Shown here: piece after piece, positions 51,790 to 64,000 of the stretch | Position numbering within the stretch: position 1 is the stretch's first letter | Layout of the letters: each line of letters begins with the position of its first letter | Assembly: GCA_002269645.1 (NCBI GenBank) | Contig: NIVC01002125.1 | Coordinates: 62,001-126,000 of the forward strand | Reading direction: 5' to 3' | Source of the DNA: Macrostomum lignano | Lineage: Eukaryota | Length of the DNA stretch: 64,000 nt | Program-made: the position numbers and the translations under genes | The notes under the pieces: model-generated | What the model was told of the DNA's origin: nothing | The model's input: only the letters and a program-made list of their open reading frames with translations | The model's database searches: none

Positions 51790-52625
51790 CCAAACTCAAC
51801 CTCCAACACACCCAACCCAACCGTCAACACACCCACCCAGCCTTCAACACACCCACCCCAACCTTCAACACACCCACCCCAACCTCCAACGCACACACCC
51901 AGCCTCCAACACACCCATCCCAACTTCCAACACACCTACCTCAACCTCCAACACACACCCACTCCAACCTTCAACACACACACACACACACACACCTCAA
52001 CCTCCAACGAGGGGTCGCCATCATAAGCTCGAAAAATCACATCGTCGAAAAGTTTAGCAACCTCCATCACAAGCTCGAAAAATCACATCGTCGAAAAGTT
52101 TAGTAAACATCATCACAAGCTCGAAAAGGCACAAGCTCTAACCCTAGCCCCAAGGCACTAACCCTAACCCTAAGGCACCAGTACCCTAGCCTAACCCTGA
52201 ACCATAACCCTAACCCCAACCCTAGCCTAACCTTAAACCCTAACTTAAAGGCACTAGTTCTAACCCCAACCCTAAACTTAACCCTAAGCCCTAACCCTAA
52301 GGCACAAGCTGTAACCCTAACCCTATTCAAGCTTGTGATGGTGGTTGCTATATTTTCAACGATATGATTTTTCGAGCTTATGACTTTTCGAGCTTGTGAT
52401 GGTGGTTGCTAAATTTTTCGACGATATGATTTTTCGAGCTTATGACTTTTCGAGCTTGTGATGGTGGATGCTTTTCGACGATGTGATTTTTCGAGCTTGT
52501 GATGGGCCCCCCCTCCAACACACTCATCCCAATCTCCAACATACACACACCTCAACCTCCAACACACACACCCAACCTCCAACACACCCACCCCAACCTC
52601 CAATACACACACCCAACCTCCATCT
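51790..52625. repeat. CA-rich (CCAACACACACCC-type) degenerate repeat interrupted by a fold-back element
   Basis: Same-orientation CA-rich tracts at 51790-52010 and 52510-52625. Confidence 0.85.
52010..52510. mobile_element. Fold-back element: long repetitive inverted arms around a degenerate (CCCTAA)n core
   Basis: The left arm (CCATCACAAGCTCGAAAAATCACATCGTCGAAAAG units, 52010-52135) is mirrored by the right arm (CTTTTCGACGATGTGATTTTTCGAGCTTGTGATGG, 52328-52505). The core at 52140-52325 is rich in CCCTAA. Confidence 0.7.
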
Positions 52626-53106
52626 CAGGCCCATCCCTAGTGTGCACTTCGCATCAAAAGCCTCCATGCACTCAGAATTCAACTCTCAGCCGCGCTGGAG
52701 GTCAAACTTGGCCAGATTGAACTGGCAAGCATTTGTCTCCGCTATTCTCTGAGCTCTCGCAGTGTTTTAAATTCTGAGTGGCCAGAACTGCGATTCCAAC
52801 TGAGAAGCTGAGGGAGAAAAAGAAATGTCAATGTCGAGGAGCTCGAGAAATGGACAGTCGGCAAACAGTCAGTTGAGAAGTTTGCGACGTGGGGAACTGG
52901 GCTGAGAGCTCTTTCTCTCTCTCTCTCCCTCCGTTCTCAGGTTCCACTTCTAGTGGGAGTTTTCTATAAGGCGGTTCAAAAAGCGAGGCACAGCTCAAAC
53001 TGTATTGCCGTTTTTGTAAGCACTTGGGGGCTAATCTGGGTTAATGGCTACTGTCGTCGGGGAGCAATGAGGAAGTTGGGTTCGTCTACGCTTCAGTTTG
53101 TTTTAC

Positions 53107-53253
53107 TCGGAAGCCCCAGCCGGGGTTCGGGGCGTCCGCCCGCCGCTGAGGCCCCCGGAGGCTGGCAGCGGCTGCTGCTCCGCCAAGTCCGTCGCGGCTG
53201 AAAGCGCCGCGGTGCCGACACCGCTGCCGACTCCGCCGCCCCGATCTTCGAGT
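53107..53253 (-). CDS. PDE1: Tentative symmetric (phase 2-2) N-terminal PDE1 exon
   Basis: ttattag|A...GA|gtaaaa; 147 nt, open (LEDRGGGVGSGVGTAALSAATDLAEQQPLP...), phase-compatible with both neighbours. No homology recognised. Confidence 0.4.
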
Positions 53254-53569
53254 CTAATAAGTTTTTTTTGCAAAAAAATTGCTTGCTTTTGCGCAAACCA
53301 GATGACAACAGTTACTCGTAAAAAGTGGCTGAGCGATTCTGAAAACTTCCGGAATGCATTGTGATATTTTTTCGGCAAAGTTAATGCTGGAAGATGCGGC
53401 GCAATCAACTTACCTGGTCTCGTCGACATAAACAGATTCCAGGACCTTTACAGCATAGTTGAGGTTTTTGATCAGCATTTCCTTAGAGATTTCATCGCTT
53501 TCTACCAGCTTCGCGATCTTCTTCAGCCTGTGGGATAAACGACAGAGTGGGAGCCTCATTTAGCCCGAG

Positions 53570-54255
53570 CCAACTGATAGCAGTGTACATTAACATAGAG
53601 GGAGAGCCTCTATGAAACCCCAAACAACTGATAGCAGTGTACATTAACATAGAGGGAGAGCCTCTATGAAACCCCAAACAACTGATAGCAGTGTACATTA
53701 ACATAGAGGGAGAGCCTCAATGAAACCCCAAACAACTGATAGCAGTGTACATTAACATAGAGGGAGAGCCTCTATGAAACCCCAAACAACTGATAGCAGT
53801 GTACATTAACATAGAGGGAGAGCCTCAATGAAACCCCAAACAACTGATAGCAGTGTACATTAACATAGAGGGAGAGCCTCAATGAAACCCCAAACAACTG
53901 ATAGCAGTGTACATTAACATAGAGGGAGAGCCTCAATGAAACCCCAAACAACTGATAGCAGTGTACATTAACATAGAGGGAGAGCCTCAATGAAACCCCA
54001 AACAACTGATAGCAGTGTACATTAACATGGAGGGAGAGCCTCAATGAAACCCCAAACAACTGATAGCAGTGTACATTAACATGGAGGGAGAGCCTCAATG
54101 AAACCCCAAACAACTGATAGCAGTGTACATTAACATAGAGGGAGAGCCTCAATGAAACCCCAAACAACTGATAGCAGTGTACATTAACATAGAGGGAGAG
54201 CCTCAATGAAACCCCAAACAACTGATAGCAGTGTACATTAACATAGAGGGAGAGC
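53570..54255. repeat. 54-bp minisatellite (~12 copies)
   Basis: Unit CAACTGATAGCAGTGTACATTAACATAGAGGGAGAGCCTCAATGAAACCCCAAA. Confidence 0.97.
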
Positions 54256-56094
54256 CTTAACTGGAAGTCTGCCCGGACTTTTACTCATAAAACCAAAATG
54301 TGCAGCTGATAAGAACATAATGCAATTAGAAAGCCCTTGGAGAGTTTCAAGTCTGTGTAATTTAAAAAAATGTGAGCAATGCAGCGCCTTTTCTGGAGAA
54401 AGTGCTCCAAAATCGATAGTAATTTACTCCAGTCTTTTGTTATTATAGGCCAAGATTGGGATGAAGCGGAGACTGAGAGGCAGCGATGAAGGGCGAGAAT
54501 TTAAGGGGAGTGGCGAGTTCTCCGCGGAAAAGGATCAAGAGGTCCCTAAAGTGGTTGCAGTCCCTAGCTTCATCCTCCTCAGTCTCCCCTCGTTCTTCTT
54601 TCCCATTTCCTTTTGGCTACTTCAAGACCATTGCGGCAATTCTAATCCATCGACTTCAATCAGGGCCCAGTGGGTGTGCCAATTCACCCCCCTCCCCTGG
54701 GGATCAAGGGGATTGAGGAGGGAGAATTCGGCTCAGGTGAACGGAAAAAGGGCCCGGAAATCAATCTTTCGCTTTATCTATTTAGGATTAGATTGACTTG
54801 TCCTCTGTGTGCAAAGAATTTACTTATCTATAAGCTGCTGAAGTTTCCATTTTTGTCAGTTAATGAAAATTGTTGCAAGAACAAAAATTAATAAAGAGAA
54901 AATACTTTAGTCTACTAGAACTCAGACATCTTCCTTTGAACCCCTCCCCATTCTCACTCGAAGTATTCTATTTTAAATGCAATTTCCTAGAAAGCGAAGT
55001 GTCCTTTCTTGAAGCAGAGCAGCTTAGCGGTTCACGCGGTCCGCCAAAATACCCTGGGTTCGATTCCGCGCGCGGCTACATTATTTTGGGACTCGTGCAC
55101 AGGATATTGGCTGCTAGGGGCTTGTCGAGCGAGTCACGCCCATGAGATGGCCAGCCCCAAGGCACAGAGAGTCTGCATGCCTGACTATGAGAAAATCGGG
55201 GCCGCGGTACACCCTGCGTGCGTGTGGTAGTCCAGTACAGTGGTGCTTGGCTTCTATGCCAAAGAATGAATCAACTACCAAGTTCTCGTGAAGGTTATCA
55301 AGGCTTCTTTGGTTCTCTACTCTTTTAACAGCGTAAAGCTGGGTTCAGCTTGCGGGCGGCACCACTACGAATACAGTAATGGAATGCGATGCTTTTTGGA
55401 CCAACCCTACCGCCGCGTATACTCCTTAGCACTTCAAGTATGGCTGTAGCTAGCATGCCTATAGCTCAGCCGTCTTCTCCCGCTACAGTCTTCTTCCCCT
55501 TAATCCGCGTCAGTCCCAGCCTTTGCCTCGACACCTGCAGCCGGAGCTTTCAGCCTGACTTCCCGTTGTCGCAACGGCGGTGGGCGCGTCCGTTCCCAGC
55601 GCCTATCCAGAATAGTGCCAAAACCCAGCCAGTCGAGCCAGTCTGCCTGAATCGATCGACGGCTTCTGCTACTCCGTTTCGATCTCTTCCGGAAAAAGCG
55701 GTCGCTTCCTTAGCCTCGGGTCTCCTCCCTCCTCTATCTCGCCCACTCCCTGGCCCGTGCCGGGACAGGATCTGCGGCCAGTTTCCGTTAGAAACTGCAG
55801 CAGCAGCAGCTTTCTCTATTTCACATAGACTTGTTCTGCTTTGCAAGCTGCTCTTTACCCGAGCATAGCTGCTTTGTGGACTCTTCTATGAGCTCAACTC
55901 GTTACGAGAAATTGTCAATCACTCCACCACAACTCACACTGATACTGCCTGCGTGGCTTTCAGAACCGAATGGTGTACGGCTTTTCGGAAACTGCTCTAA
56001 AGTGCAACTTGATCGGTGGAGAAACATTGAATGACTTAAATGTTAGAAATTAAGAAGCAATATTGTTGTATTGGTATTAGAATTACGAGTACTA

Positions 56095-56585
56095 GGAGTC
56101 AGGAACGGAGCGGGGGAGAGTCAGGAACGGAGCAGGGGAGAGTCAGGAACGGAGCAGGGGAGAGTCAAGAACGGAGCGGGGGAGAGTCAGGAACGGAGCA
56201 GGGGAGAGTCAGGAACGGAGCAGGGGAGAGTCAGGAACGGAGCAGGGGAGAGTCAGGAACGGAGCAGGGGAGAGTCAAGAACGGAGCGGGGGAGAGTCAG
56301 GAACCGAGCAGGGGAGAGTCAGGAACCGAGCAGGGGAGAGTCAGGAACGGAGCGGGGGAGAGTCAGGAACCCAGCAGGGGAGAGTCAGGAACCCAGCAGG
56401 GGAGAGTCAGGAACCGAGCAGGGGAGAGTCAGGAACGGAGCGGGGAGACTCAGGAACGGAGAGTGGGAGAGTCAGGAACGGAGCGGGGGAGAGTCAGGAA
56501 CCCAGCAGGGGAGAGTCAGGAACCGAGCAGGGGAGAGTCAGGAACGGAGCGGGGAGACTCAGGAACGGAGAGTGAGAGAGTCAGG
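56095..56585. repeat. 22-bp minisatellite (GAGTCAGGAACGGAGCAGGGGA)
   Basis: Read directly. Confidence 0.95.
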
Positions 56586-57021
56586 AAGGAATATTGAGCA
56601 AGCGAAATGGTGTGCGGCAGCAAAGAGCATCCATCATTCAACTAAACAGATGTTGATTTCAGATTGAAAATTAAATCTCTTCTGCCAAACGCAGATCTCA
56701 TTCGCAATCGGCGGAGGCATCCAATTATACTTGGCCCTCTCCCTGTCTTCACTGCGCTAGGCTGGGAGCAGCCGGCATCGGACTCAACAACCGGGATCAG
56801 CTCAGCGCGAGGCAGGAGATAAAAAACTGACTGGCACGGATTACGCTGAACAAATTTGCTTCCCAGGCAACTCCTCACGGCTACAGGGGAAGCCGCAAGC
56901 AGCAACCCCGGCAGTCAAGACTCCCCACAAGCTCCATCCTTCATTCCAGATTTAGTCTTTTACACACCCCATGTAGCGATAAGCATGAGAGTGTCTGCCG
57001 GCTCCTGCAGTATTCGGCTGA

Positions 57022-57024
<3 letters not shown>

Positions 57025-57061
<37 letters not shown>

Positions 57062-57137
57062 GCCAGTTTCCGCGCCTCGGGGCGGGGCACGGATCAACCA
57101 GAAAAAATAGGAGCCAAGAAAATAAGGAGCAGAAAAC

Positions 57138-57213
<76 letters not shown>

Positions 57214-57230
57214 GGGGGGAGAGAGAGAGA
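57025..57230. repeat. Opposed (CT)n and (AG)n dinucleotide tracts
   Basis: (CT)n at ~57025-57058 and (AG)n at ~57139-57229. Confidence 0.9.
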
Positions 57231-57439
57231 TCGCTAAAGGATGAAGAATGAGTCACTTCTGCAGCTGCGATACCGCGTTCCAGGATCAACATTTTAATGG
57301 GAATTCTGGACTACGGTAGTGATTTATGCTCAGATCCCGATTGCACTGGGTGTAACACCCCTCATAAAGTTTTATGCGCCACATATCGGCACTATAGAAA
57401 ACCATGCTACTCTTCCCTTTTGATCTGCGAGAACCCTTA

Positions 57440-60400
57440 CTTCTCACTCTATCCCCCACCTCTCTCATCTCACTCTATCCCAATCTCTCTCATCTCACTC
57501 TATCCCCCACCTCTCTCATCTCACTCTATCCCAATCTCTCTCATCTCACTCTATCCCCCACCTCTCTCATATCACTCTATCCCGATCTCTCTCATCTCAC
57601 TCTATCCCCCACCTCTCTCATATCACTCTATCCCGATCTCTCTCATCTCACTCTATCCCAATCTCTCTCATCTCACTCTATCCCCCACCTCTCTCATATC
57701 ACTCTATCCGAATCTCTCTCATCTCACTCTATCCCAATCTCTCTCATCTCATCCTATCCCGATCTCTCTCATCTCACTCTATCCCAATCTCTCTCATCTC
57801 ATCCTATCCCGATCTCTCTCATCTCACTCTATCCCGATCTCTCTCATCTCACTCTATCCCGATCTCTCTCATCTCACTCTATCCCCCACCTCTCTCATAT
57901 CACTCTATCCCAATCTCTCTCATCTCATCCTATCCCAATCTCTCTCATCTCACTCTATCCCCCACCTCTCTCATATCACTCTATCCCGATCTCTCTCATC
58001 TCACTCTATCCCAATCTCTCTCATCTCACTCTATCCCCCACCTCTCTCATATCACTCTATCCGAATCTCTCTCATCTCACTCTATCCCCATCTCTCTCAT
58101 CTCATCCTATCCCGATCTCTCTCATCTCACTCTATCCCAATCTCTCTCATCTCATCCTATCCCGATCTCTCTCATCTCACTCTATCCCAATCTCTCTCAT
58201 CTCATCCTATCCCGATCTCTCTCATCTCACTCTATCCCAATCTCTCTTATCTCATCCTATCCCGATCTCTCTCATCTCACTCTATCCCAATCTCTCTCAT
58301 CTCATCCTATCCCGATCTCTCTCATCTCACTCTATCCCAATCTCTCTCATCTCATCCTATCCCGAACTCTCTCATCTCACTCTATCCCCCACCTCTCTCA
58401 TATCACTCTATCCCGATCTCTCTCATCTCACTCTATCCCAATCTCTCTCATCTCACTCTATCCCCCACCTCTCTCATATCACTCTATCCGAATCTCTCTC
58501 ATCTCACTCTATCCCAATCTCACTCATCTCACTCTATCCCAATCTCTCTCATCTCATCCTATCCCGATCTCTCTCATCTCACTCTATCCCAATCTCTCTC
58601 ATCTCATCCTATCCCAATCTCTCTCATCTAAATCTATCCCAATCTCTCTCATCTCATCCTATCCCGATCTCTCTCATCTCACTCTATCCCAATCTCTCTC
58701 ATCTCACTCTATCCCAATCTCTCTCATCTAACTCTATCCCAATCTCTCTCATCTCATCCTATCCCGATCTCTCTCATCTCACTCTATCCCAATCTCTCTC
58801 ATCTCATCCTATCCCGATCTCTCTCATCTCACTCTATCCCGATCTCTCTCATCTCACTCTATCCCCCACCTCTCTCATATCACTCTATTCCAATCTCTCT
58901 CATCTCACTCTATCCCCCACCTCTCTCATCTCACTCTATCCGAATCTCTCTCATCTCACTCTATCCCAATCTCTCTCATCTCATCCTATCCCGATCTCTC
59001 TCATCTCACTCTATCCCGATCTCTCTCATCTCACTCTATCCCGATCTCTCTCATCTCACTCTATCCCCCACCTCTCTCATATCACTCTATCCCGATCTCT
59101 CTCATCTCACTCTATCCCAATCTCTCTCATCTCACTCTATCCCAATCTCTCTCATCTCATCCTATCCCAATCTCTCTCATCTAACTCTATCCCAATCTCT
59201 CTCATCTCATCCTATCCCGATCTCTCTCATCTCACTCTATCCCAATCTCTCTCATCTCATCCTATCCCGATCTCTCTCATCTCACTCTATCCCGATCTCT
59301 CTCATCTCACTCTATCCCCCACCTCTCTCATATCACTCTATTCCAATCTCTCTCATCTCACTCTATCCCCCACCTCTCTCATCTCACTCTATCCGAATCT
59401 CTCTCATCTCACTCTATCCCCATCTCTCTCATCTCATCCTATCCCGATCTCTCTCATCTCACTCTATCTCAATCTCTCTCATCTCACTCTATCCCGATCT
59501 CTCTCATCTCACTCTATCCCAATCTCTCTCATCTCATCCTATCCCGATCTCTCTCATCTCACTCTATCCCGATCTCTCTCATCTCACTCTATCCCCCACC
59601 TCTCTCATATCACTCTATTCCAATCTCTCTCATCTCACTCTATCCCCCACCTCTCTCATCTCACTCTATCCGAATCTCTCTCATCTCACTCTATCCCCAT
59701 CTCTCTCATCTCATCCTATCCCGATCTCTCTCATCTCACTCTATCTCAATCTCTCTCATATCACTCTATCCCAATCTCTCTCATCTCACTCTATCCCAAT
59801 CTCTCTCATCTCATCCTATCCCAATCTCTATTATCTTATCCTATCCCAATCTCTCTCATCTCACTCTATCCCCCACCTCTCTCATCTCACTCTATCCGAA
59901 TCTCTCTCATCTCACTCTATCCCCATCTCTCTCATCTCATCCTATCCCGATCTCTCTCATCTCACTCTATCTCAATCTCTCTCATCTCACTCTATCCCGA
60001 TCTCTCTCATCTCACTCTATCTCAATCTCTCTCATCTCATCCTATCCCGATCTCTCTCATCTCACTCTATCCCAATCTCTCTCATCTAACTCTATCCCTA
60101 TCTCTCTCATCTCATCCTATCCCGATCTCTCTCATATCACTCTATCTCAATCTCTCTCATCTCACTCTATCCCAATCTCTCTCATCTCATCCTATCCCAA
60201 TCTCTATTATCTTATCCTATCCCAATCTCTCTCATCTCACTCTATCCCCCACCTCTCTCATCTCACTCTATCCGAATCTCTCTCATCTCACTCTATCCCC
60301 ATCTCTCTCATCTCATCCTATCCCGATCTCTCTCATCTCACTCTATCTCAATCTCTCTCATCTCACTCTATCCCGATCTCTCTCATCTCACTCTATCTCA

Positions 60401-60970
60401 ATCTCTCTCATCTCATCCTATCCCGATCTCTCTCATCTCACTCTATCCCAATCTCTCTCATCTCACTCTATCCCCCACCTCTCTCATATCACTCTATCCC
60501 GATCTCTCTCATCTCACTCTATCCCCCACCTCTCTCATATCACTCTATCCCGATCTCTCTCATCTCACTCTATCCCAATCTCTCTCATCTCACTCTATCC
60601 CAATCTCTCTCATCTCACTCTATCCCAATCTCTCTCATCTCATTTTATCTACACCTCTCTCCTATCACTCTATCCCACACCTCTCTCATATCACTCTATC
60701 CCAATCTCTCTCATCTCACTCTATCCCAATCTCTCTCATCTCACTCTATCCCAATCTCTCTCATCTCACTCTATCCCAATCTCTCTCATATCACTCTATC
60801 CCGATCTCTCTCATCTCACTCTATCCCAATCTCTCTCATCTCACTCTATCCCAATCTCTCTCATCTCACTCTATCCCAATCTCTCTCATCTCACTCTATC
60901 CCAATCTCTCTCATCTCACTCTATCCCAATCTCTCTCATCTCACTCTATCTCAATCTCTCTCATCTCAAT
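57440..60970. repeat. ~25-27-bp pyrimidine-rich minisatellite (ATCTCTCTCATCTCACTCTATCCCA), 3.5 kb
   Basis: Read directly; explains the 1189-aa and 444-aa ORFs. Confidence 0.98.
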
Positions 60971-61100
60971 TAATGGCTCCAGAAGCATCTCGTATTCCTT
61001 ATTGAAATATTTATGAAGCACTGACTGGGCAGCGACATCTCTCTCTGTCTGACAAGCTTTCGGAGGCACGCAGCACCCAGTGCAGTTCATCGGTACTCAC

Positions 61101-61242
61101 CTCACGGAGCAGGTGTAGCTGGCCTCGGGCGTGCCGGCCGCTGGCATTTTCTCCACTTCGACTTCCGAATCGGCGTAGCGAGCGCTGTCAGCTTTGGCGA
61201 GGCTGTTGTAGAGCAAACCGCTCAGCGGCTCCGCTTCCAGGT
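61101..61242 (-). CDS. PDE1: Tentative upstream PDE1 exon (gene probably continues beyond the window)
   Basis: cacag|AC...GTGAG|gtgagt; open (LEAEPLSGLLYNSLAKADSARYADSEVEVEKMPAAGTPEASYTCSVR). The phase-2 donor fits the acceptors at 53253 and 51461. No homology recognised. Confidence 0.55.
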
Positions 61243-61324
61243 CTGTGTTAGGGGTGAGTGTCAGGAAGGTGAGAGTCATAGAAAGGTGAAAACTGGGAAA
61301 AATGAGAGCCAGATAATGCTGATA

Positions 61325-62715
61325 GTCAATGAAGGGTGAGAGTCAGGAACAGATGAGAATCGGGAAAGGTGAGAATCAGGAACAGATGAGAATAGGGAAA
61401 GGTGTGAGTCAGGAACAGATGAGAATCGGGAAAGGTGAGAATCAGGAACAGATGAGAATAGGGAAAGGTGAGAGTCAGGAACAGATGAGAATAGGGAAAG
61501 GTGAGAATCAGGAACAGATGAGAATAGGGAAAGGTGTGAGTCAGGAACAGATGAGAATAGGGAAAGGTGAGAGTCAGGAACAGATGAGAATAGGGAAAGG
61601 TGAGAGTCAGGAACAGATGAGAATAGGGAAAGGTGAGAATCAGGAACAGATGAGAATAGGGAAAGGTGTGAGTCAGGAACAGATGAGAATAGGGAAAGGT
61701 GTGAGACAGGAACAGATGAGAATAGGGAAAGGTGAGAGTCAGGAACAGATGAGAATAGGGAAAGGTGAGAGTCAGGAACAGATGAGAATCGGGAAAGGTG
61801 AGAGTCAGGAACAGATGAGAATAGGGAAAGGTGAGAATCAGGAACAGATGAGAATAGGGAAAGGTGTGAGACAGGAACAGATGAGAATAGGGAAAGGTGA
61901 GAGTCAGGAACAGATGAGAATCGGGAAAGGTGAGAATCAGGAACAGATGAGAATAGGGAAAGGTGTGAGTCAGGAACAGATGAGAATAGGGAAAGGTGAG
62001 AATCAGGAACAGATGAGAATAGGGAAAGGTGAGAATCAGGAACAGATGAGAATAGGGAAAGGTGTGAGACAGGAACAGATGAGAATAGGGAAAGGTGAGA
62101 GTCAGGAACAGATGAGAATCGGGAAAGGTGAGAATCAGGAACAGATGAGAATAGGGAAAGGTGTGAGTCAGGAACAGATGAGAATCGGGAAAGGTGAGAG
62201 TCAGGAACAGATGAGAATCGGGAAAGGTGAGAATCAGGAACAGATGAGAATAGGGAAAGGTGTGAGTCAGGAACAGATGAGAATAGGGAAAGGTGAGAGT
62301 CAGGAACAGATGAGAATCGGGAAAGGTGAGAGTCAGGAACAGATGAGAATAGGGAAAGGTGAGAGTCAGGAACAGATGAGAATAGGGAAAGGTGAGAGTC
62401 AGGAACAGATGAGAATCGGGAAAGGTGAGAGTCAGGAACAGATGAGAATAGGGAAAGGTGAGAGTCAGAACAGATGAGAATAGTTGAAGGTGAGAGTCAG
62501 GAACAGATGAGAATAGGGAAAGGTGTGAGTCAGGAACAGATGAGAATAGGGAAAGGTGAGAGTCAGGAACAGATGAGAATAGTTGAAGGTGAGAGTCAGG
62601 AACAGATAAGAATCGGGAAAGGTGAGAATCAGGAACAGATGAGAATCGGGAAAGGTGAGAGTCAGGAACAGATGAGAATCGGGAAAGGTGAGAGTCAGGA
62701 ACAGATGAGAATCGG
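61325..62715. repeat. 33-bp minisatellite (GAAAGGTGAGAGTCAGGAACAGATGAGAATAGG)
   Basis: About 42 units; explains the 478-aa and 382-aa ORFs. Confidence 0.98.
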
Positions 62716-63349
62716 GAGTGGGGGAATTGAGAAAACCTGTTGATTGACTGCTCAGTCACCACCCCTATAGAGCCAGACCCGCAATGGAGCTCATTGATCT
62801 CCCAGCAAACTTACTTAACCCATAGGCTTGGAAGTATATCGCCCTTTGTTTAAAAAGTTGCCCTCAATACTAGAATATTCCTTGGTTGGGATTTGGGAGA
62901 AAGGGACAGACGAGAGTCAGCAAGTGAGGAGAGGCTCGAGAGCTGCGTGACCCAGAATGCAAATTTAAATCCCACTGGGATCTTGCGACTCCCTCCCCAC
63001 TCGGTCCCTACCAAACATTCTTATCTCGTGTATTGCCTCTTTTCCCACCCACTTTCTCCCCCCCATCCCACCAAGTCGGCTCTCTGTGCGGTCTCTGACC
63101 CTTCAGGCTCTTTGCCCTCGAGCTGTTGAGGCGGGCGACAGGCGGGCGGGCGCAGCAGAGACATTGCAGTCAAAGGGCAATGGACAAACTTGCTTGTCTT
63201 GTTGAAAGGACAAAGCCAATGCTGTATTTGCTTCAGTAAACTAGGTTTGGCTATGCTGTATGAATATTTGCTGAGAGCTTATGCACTGCTGCTGGGCTGA
63301 GCGTGTTGGCCGCTGGCAGCTTTTTTATCTTCAGCCTTATCCATTCTGC

Positions 63350-63875
63350 CTCCCCATCTCTCTTCTCCCCTCTCTCCTCTCCACTCTCTCCTCTCCCCTC
63401 TCTCCTCTCTCCTCGCTCCTCTCTCCTCTCTCCTCTCTCCTCTCTCCTCTCTCCTCTCCCCTCTCTCTCTCCCCTCTCTCCTCTCTCCTCTCTCCTCTCC
63501 TCTCTCCCCTCTCTCATCTCTCCTCTCCCTCTCCTCTCCCCTCTCTCCACTCCCCTCTCTCCTCTCTCCTCTCTCCTCTCCCCTCTCTCCACTCCCCTCT
63601 CTCCTCTCTCCTCTCTCCTCTCCTCTCTCCCCTCTCTCATCTCTCCTCTCCCTCTCCTCTCCCCTCTCTCCACTCCCCTCTCTCCTCTCTCCTCTCTCCT
63701 CTCTCAACTCCCTCTCTCCACTCCCCTCTCTCCTCTCCCCTCTCTCCACTACCCTCTCTCCTCTCCCCTCTCTCCTCTCCCCTCTCCCCTCTTTCCTCTC
63801 TCCTCTCTCCTCTCCCCTCTCCCCTCTCCCCTCTCCCCTCTCCCCTCTCCCCTCTCTCCTCTCTCCTCTCCTCTG
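63350..63875. repeat. C/T-only low-complexity tract (CTCTC/CCTCT)
   Basis: Read directly. Confidence 0.95.
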
Positions 63876-64000
63876 CCAGAAGAACAATAGTATCTTAATA
63901 TATATATGTGTATATATGCCATTGCAAGCCTAACGGATATTGTCATTATCATTATTAATAACTTTTTCTACTTTTTCTGATCCAACTCTTCAGCGGAGAA

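Noticed and set aside
54460-56035. Moderately GC-rich ORFs (54461.., 55389.., 55550..) as extra genes or PDE1 exons
   Set aside because: No recognisable motifs or phase-consistent splice pairs.
57297-62762. Very long ORFs (1189, 444, 478, 382 aa)
   Set aside because: They are translations of stop-free minisatellites inside PDE1 introns. The same applies to ORFs in 26031-29591, 33121-34485, 42327-43057, 48489-49321, 53772-54221, 56040-56667 and 63251-63898.

Overview
This is eukaryotic (animal) genomic DNA: GC-rich exons rich in poly-Ala/Gln/Gly, GT-AG introns, AT-rich spacers and very dense minisatellites (about 20 kb, hand estimate). The style suggests a free-living flatworm such as Macrostomum, which is inference only. 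Plus-strand genes are ASZ1/GASZ-like (ankyrin-SAM, piRNA pathway), a PRA1-family gene, an intronless orphan ORF of about 700 aa, ETFA and a single-domain hexokinase. Minus-strand genes are a two-exon gene with a possible ubiquitin-like domain nested in ASZ1 intron 2, and a PDE1-type phosphodiesterase of at least 10 exons. The PDE1 introns hold a Crypton tyrosine-recombinase element, a hAT-type MITE and a fold-back element with a telomere-like core. Strongest leads: (1) the Crypton recombinase has both catalytic His positions replaced and is bounded by 12-bp direct repeats plus palindromes; (2) an in-frame TGA splits the GASZ C-terminal tail anchor; (3) the orphan ORF is virus-like in composition; (4) a 41-bp array of CCAAT/E2F/CHR-like motifs sits directly upstream of GASZ. 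No rRNA, tRNA or CRISPR array is supported. Exon boundaries were derived by hand from GT/AG sites and phase continuity, and repeat boundaries are approximate.
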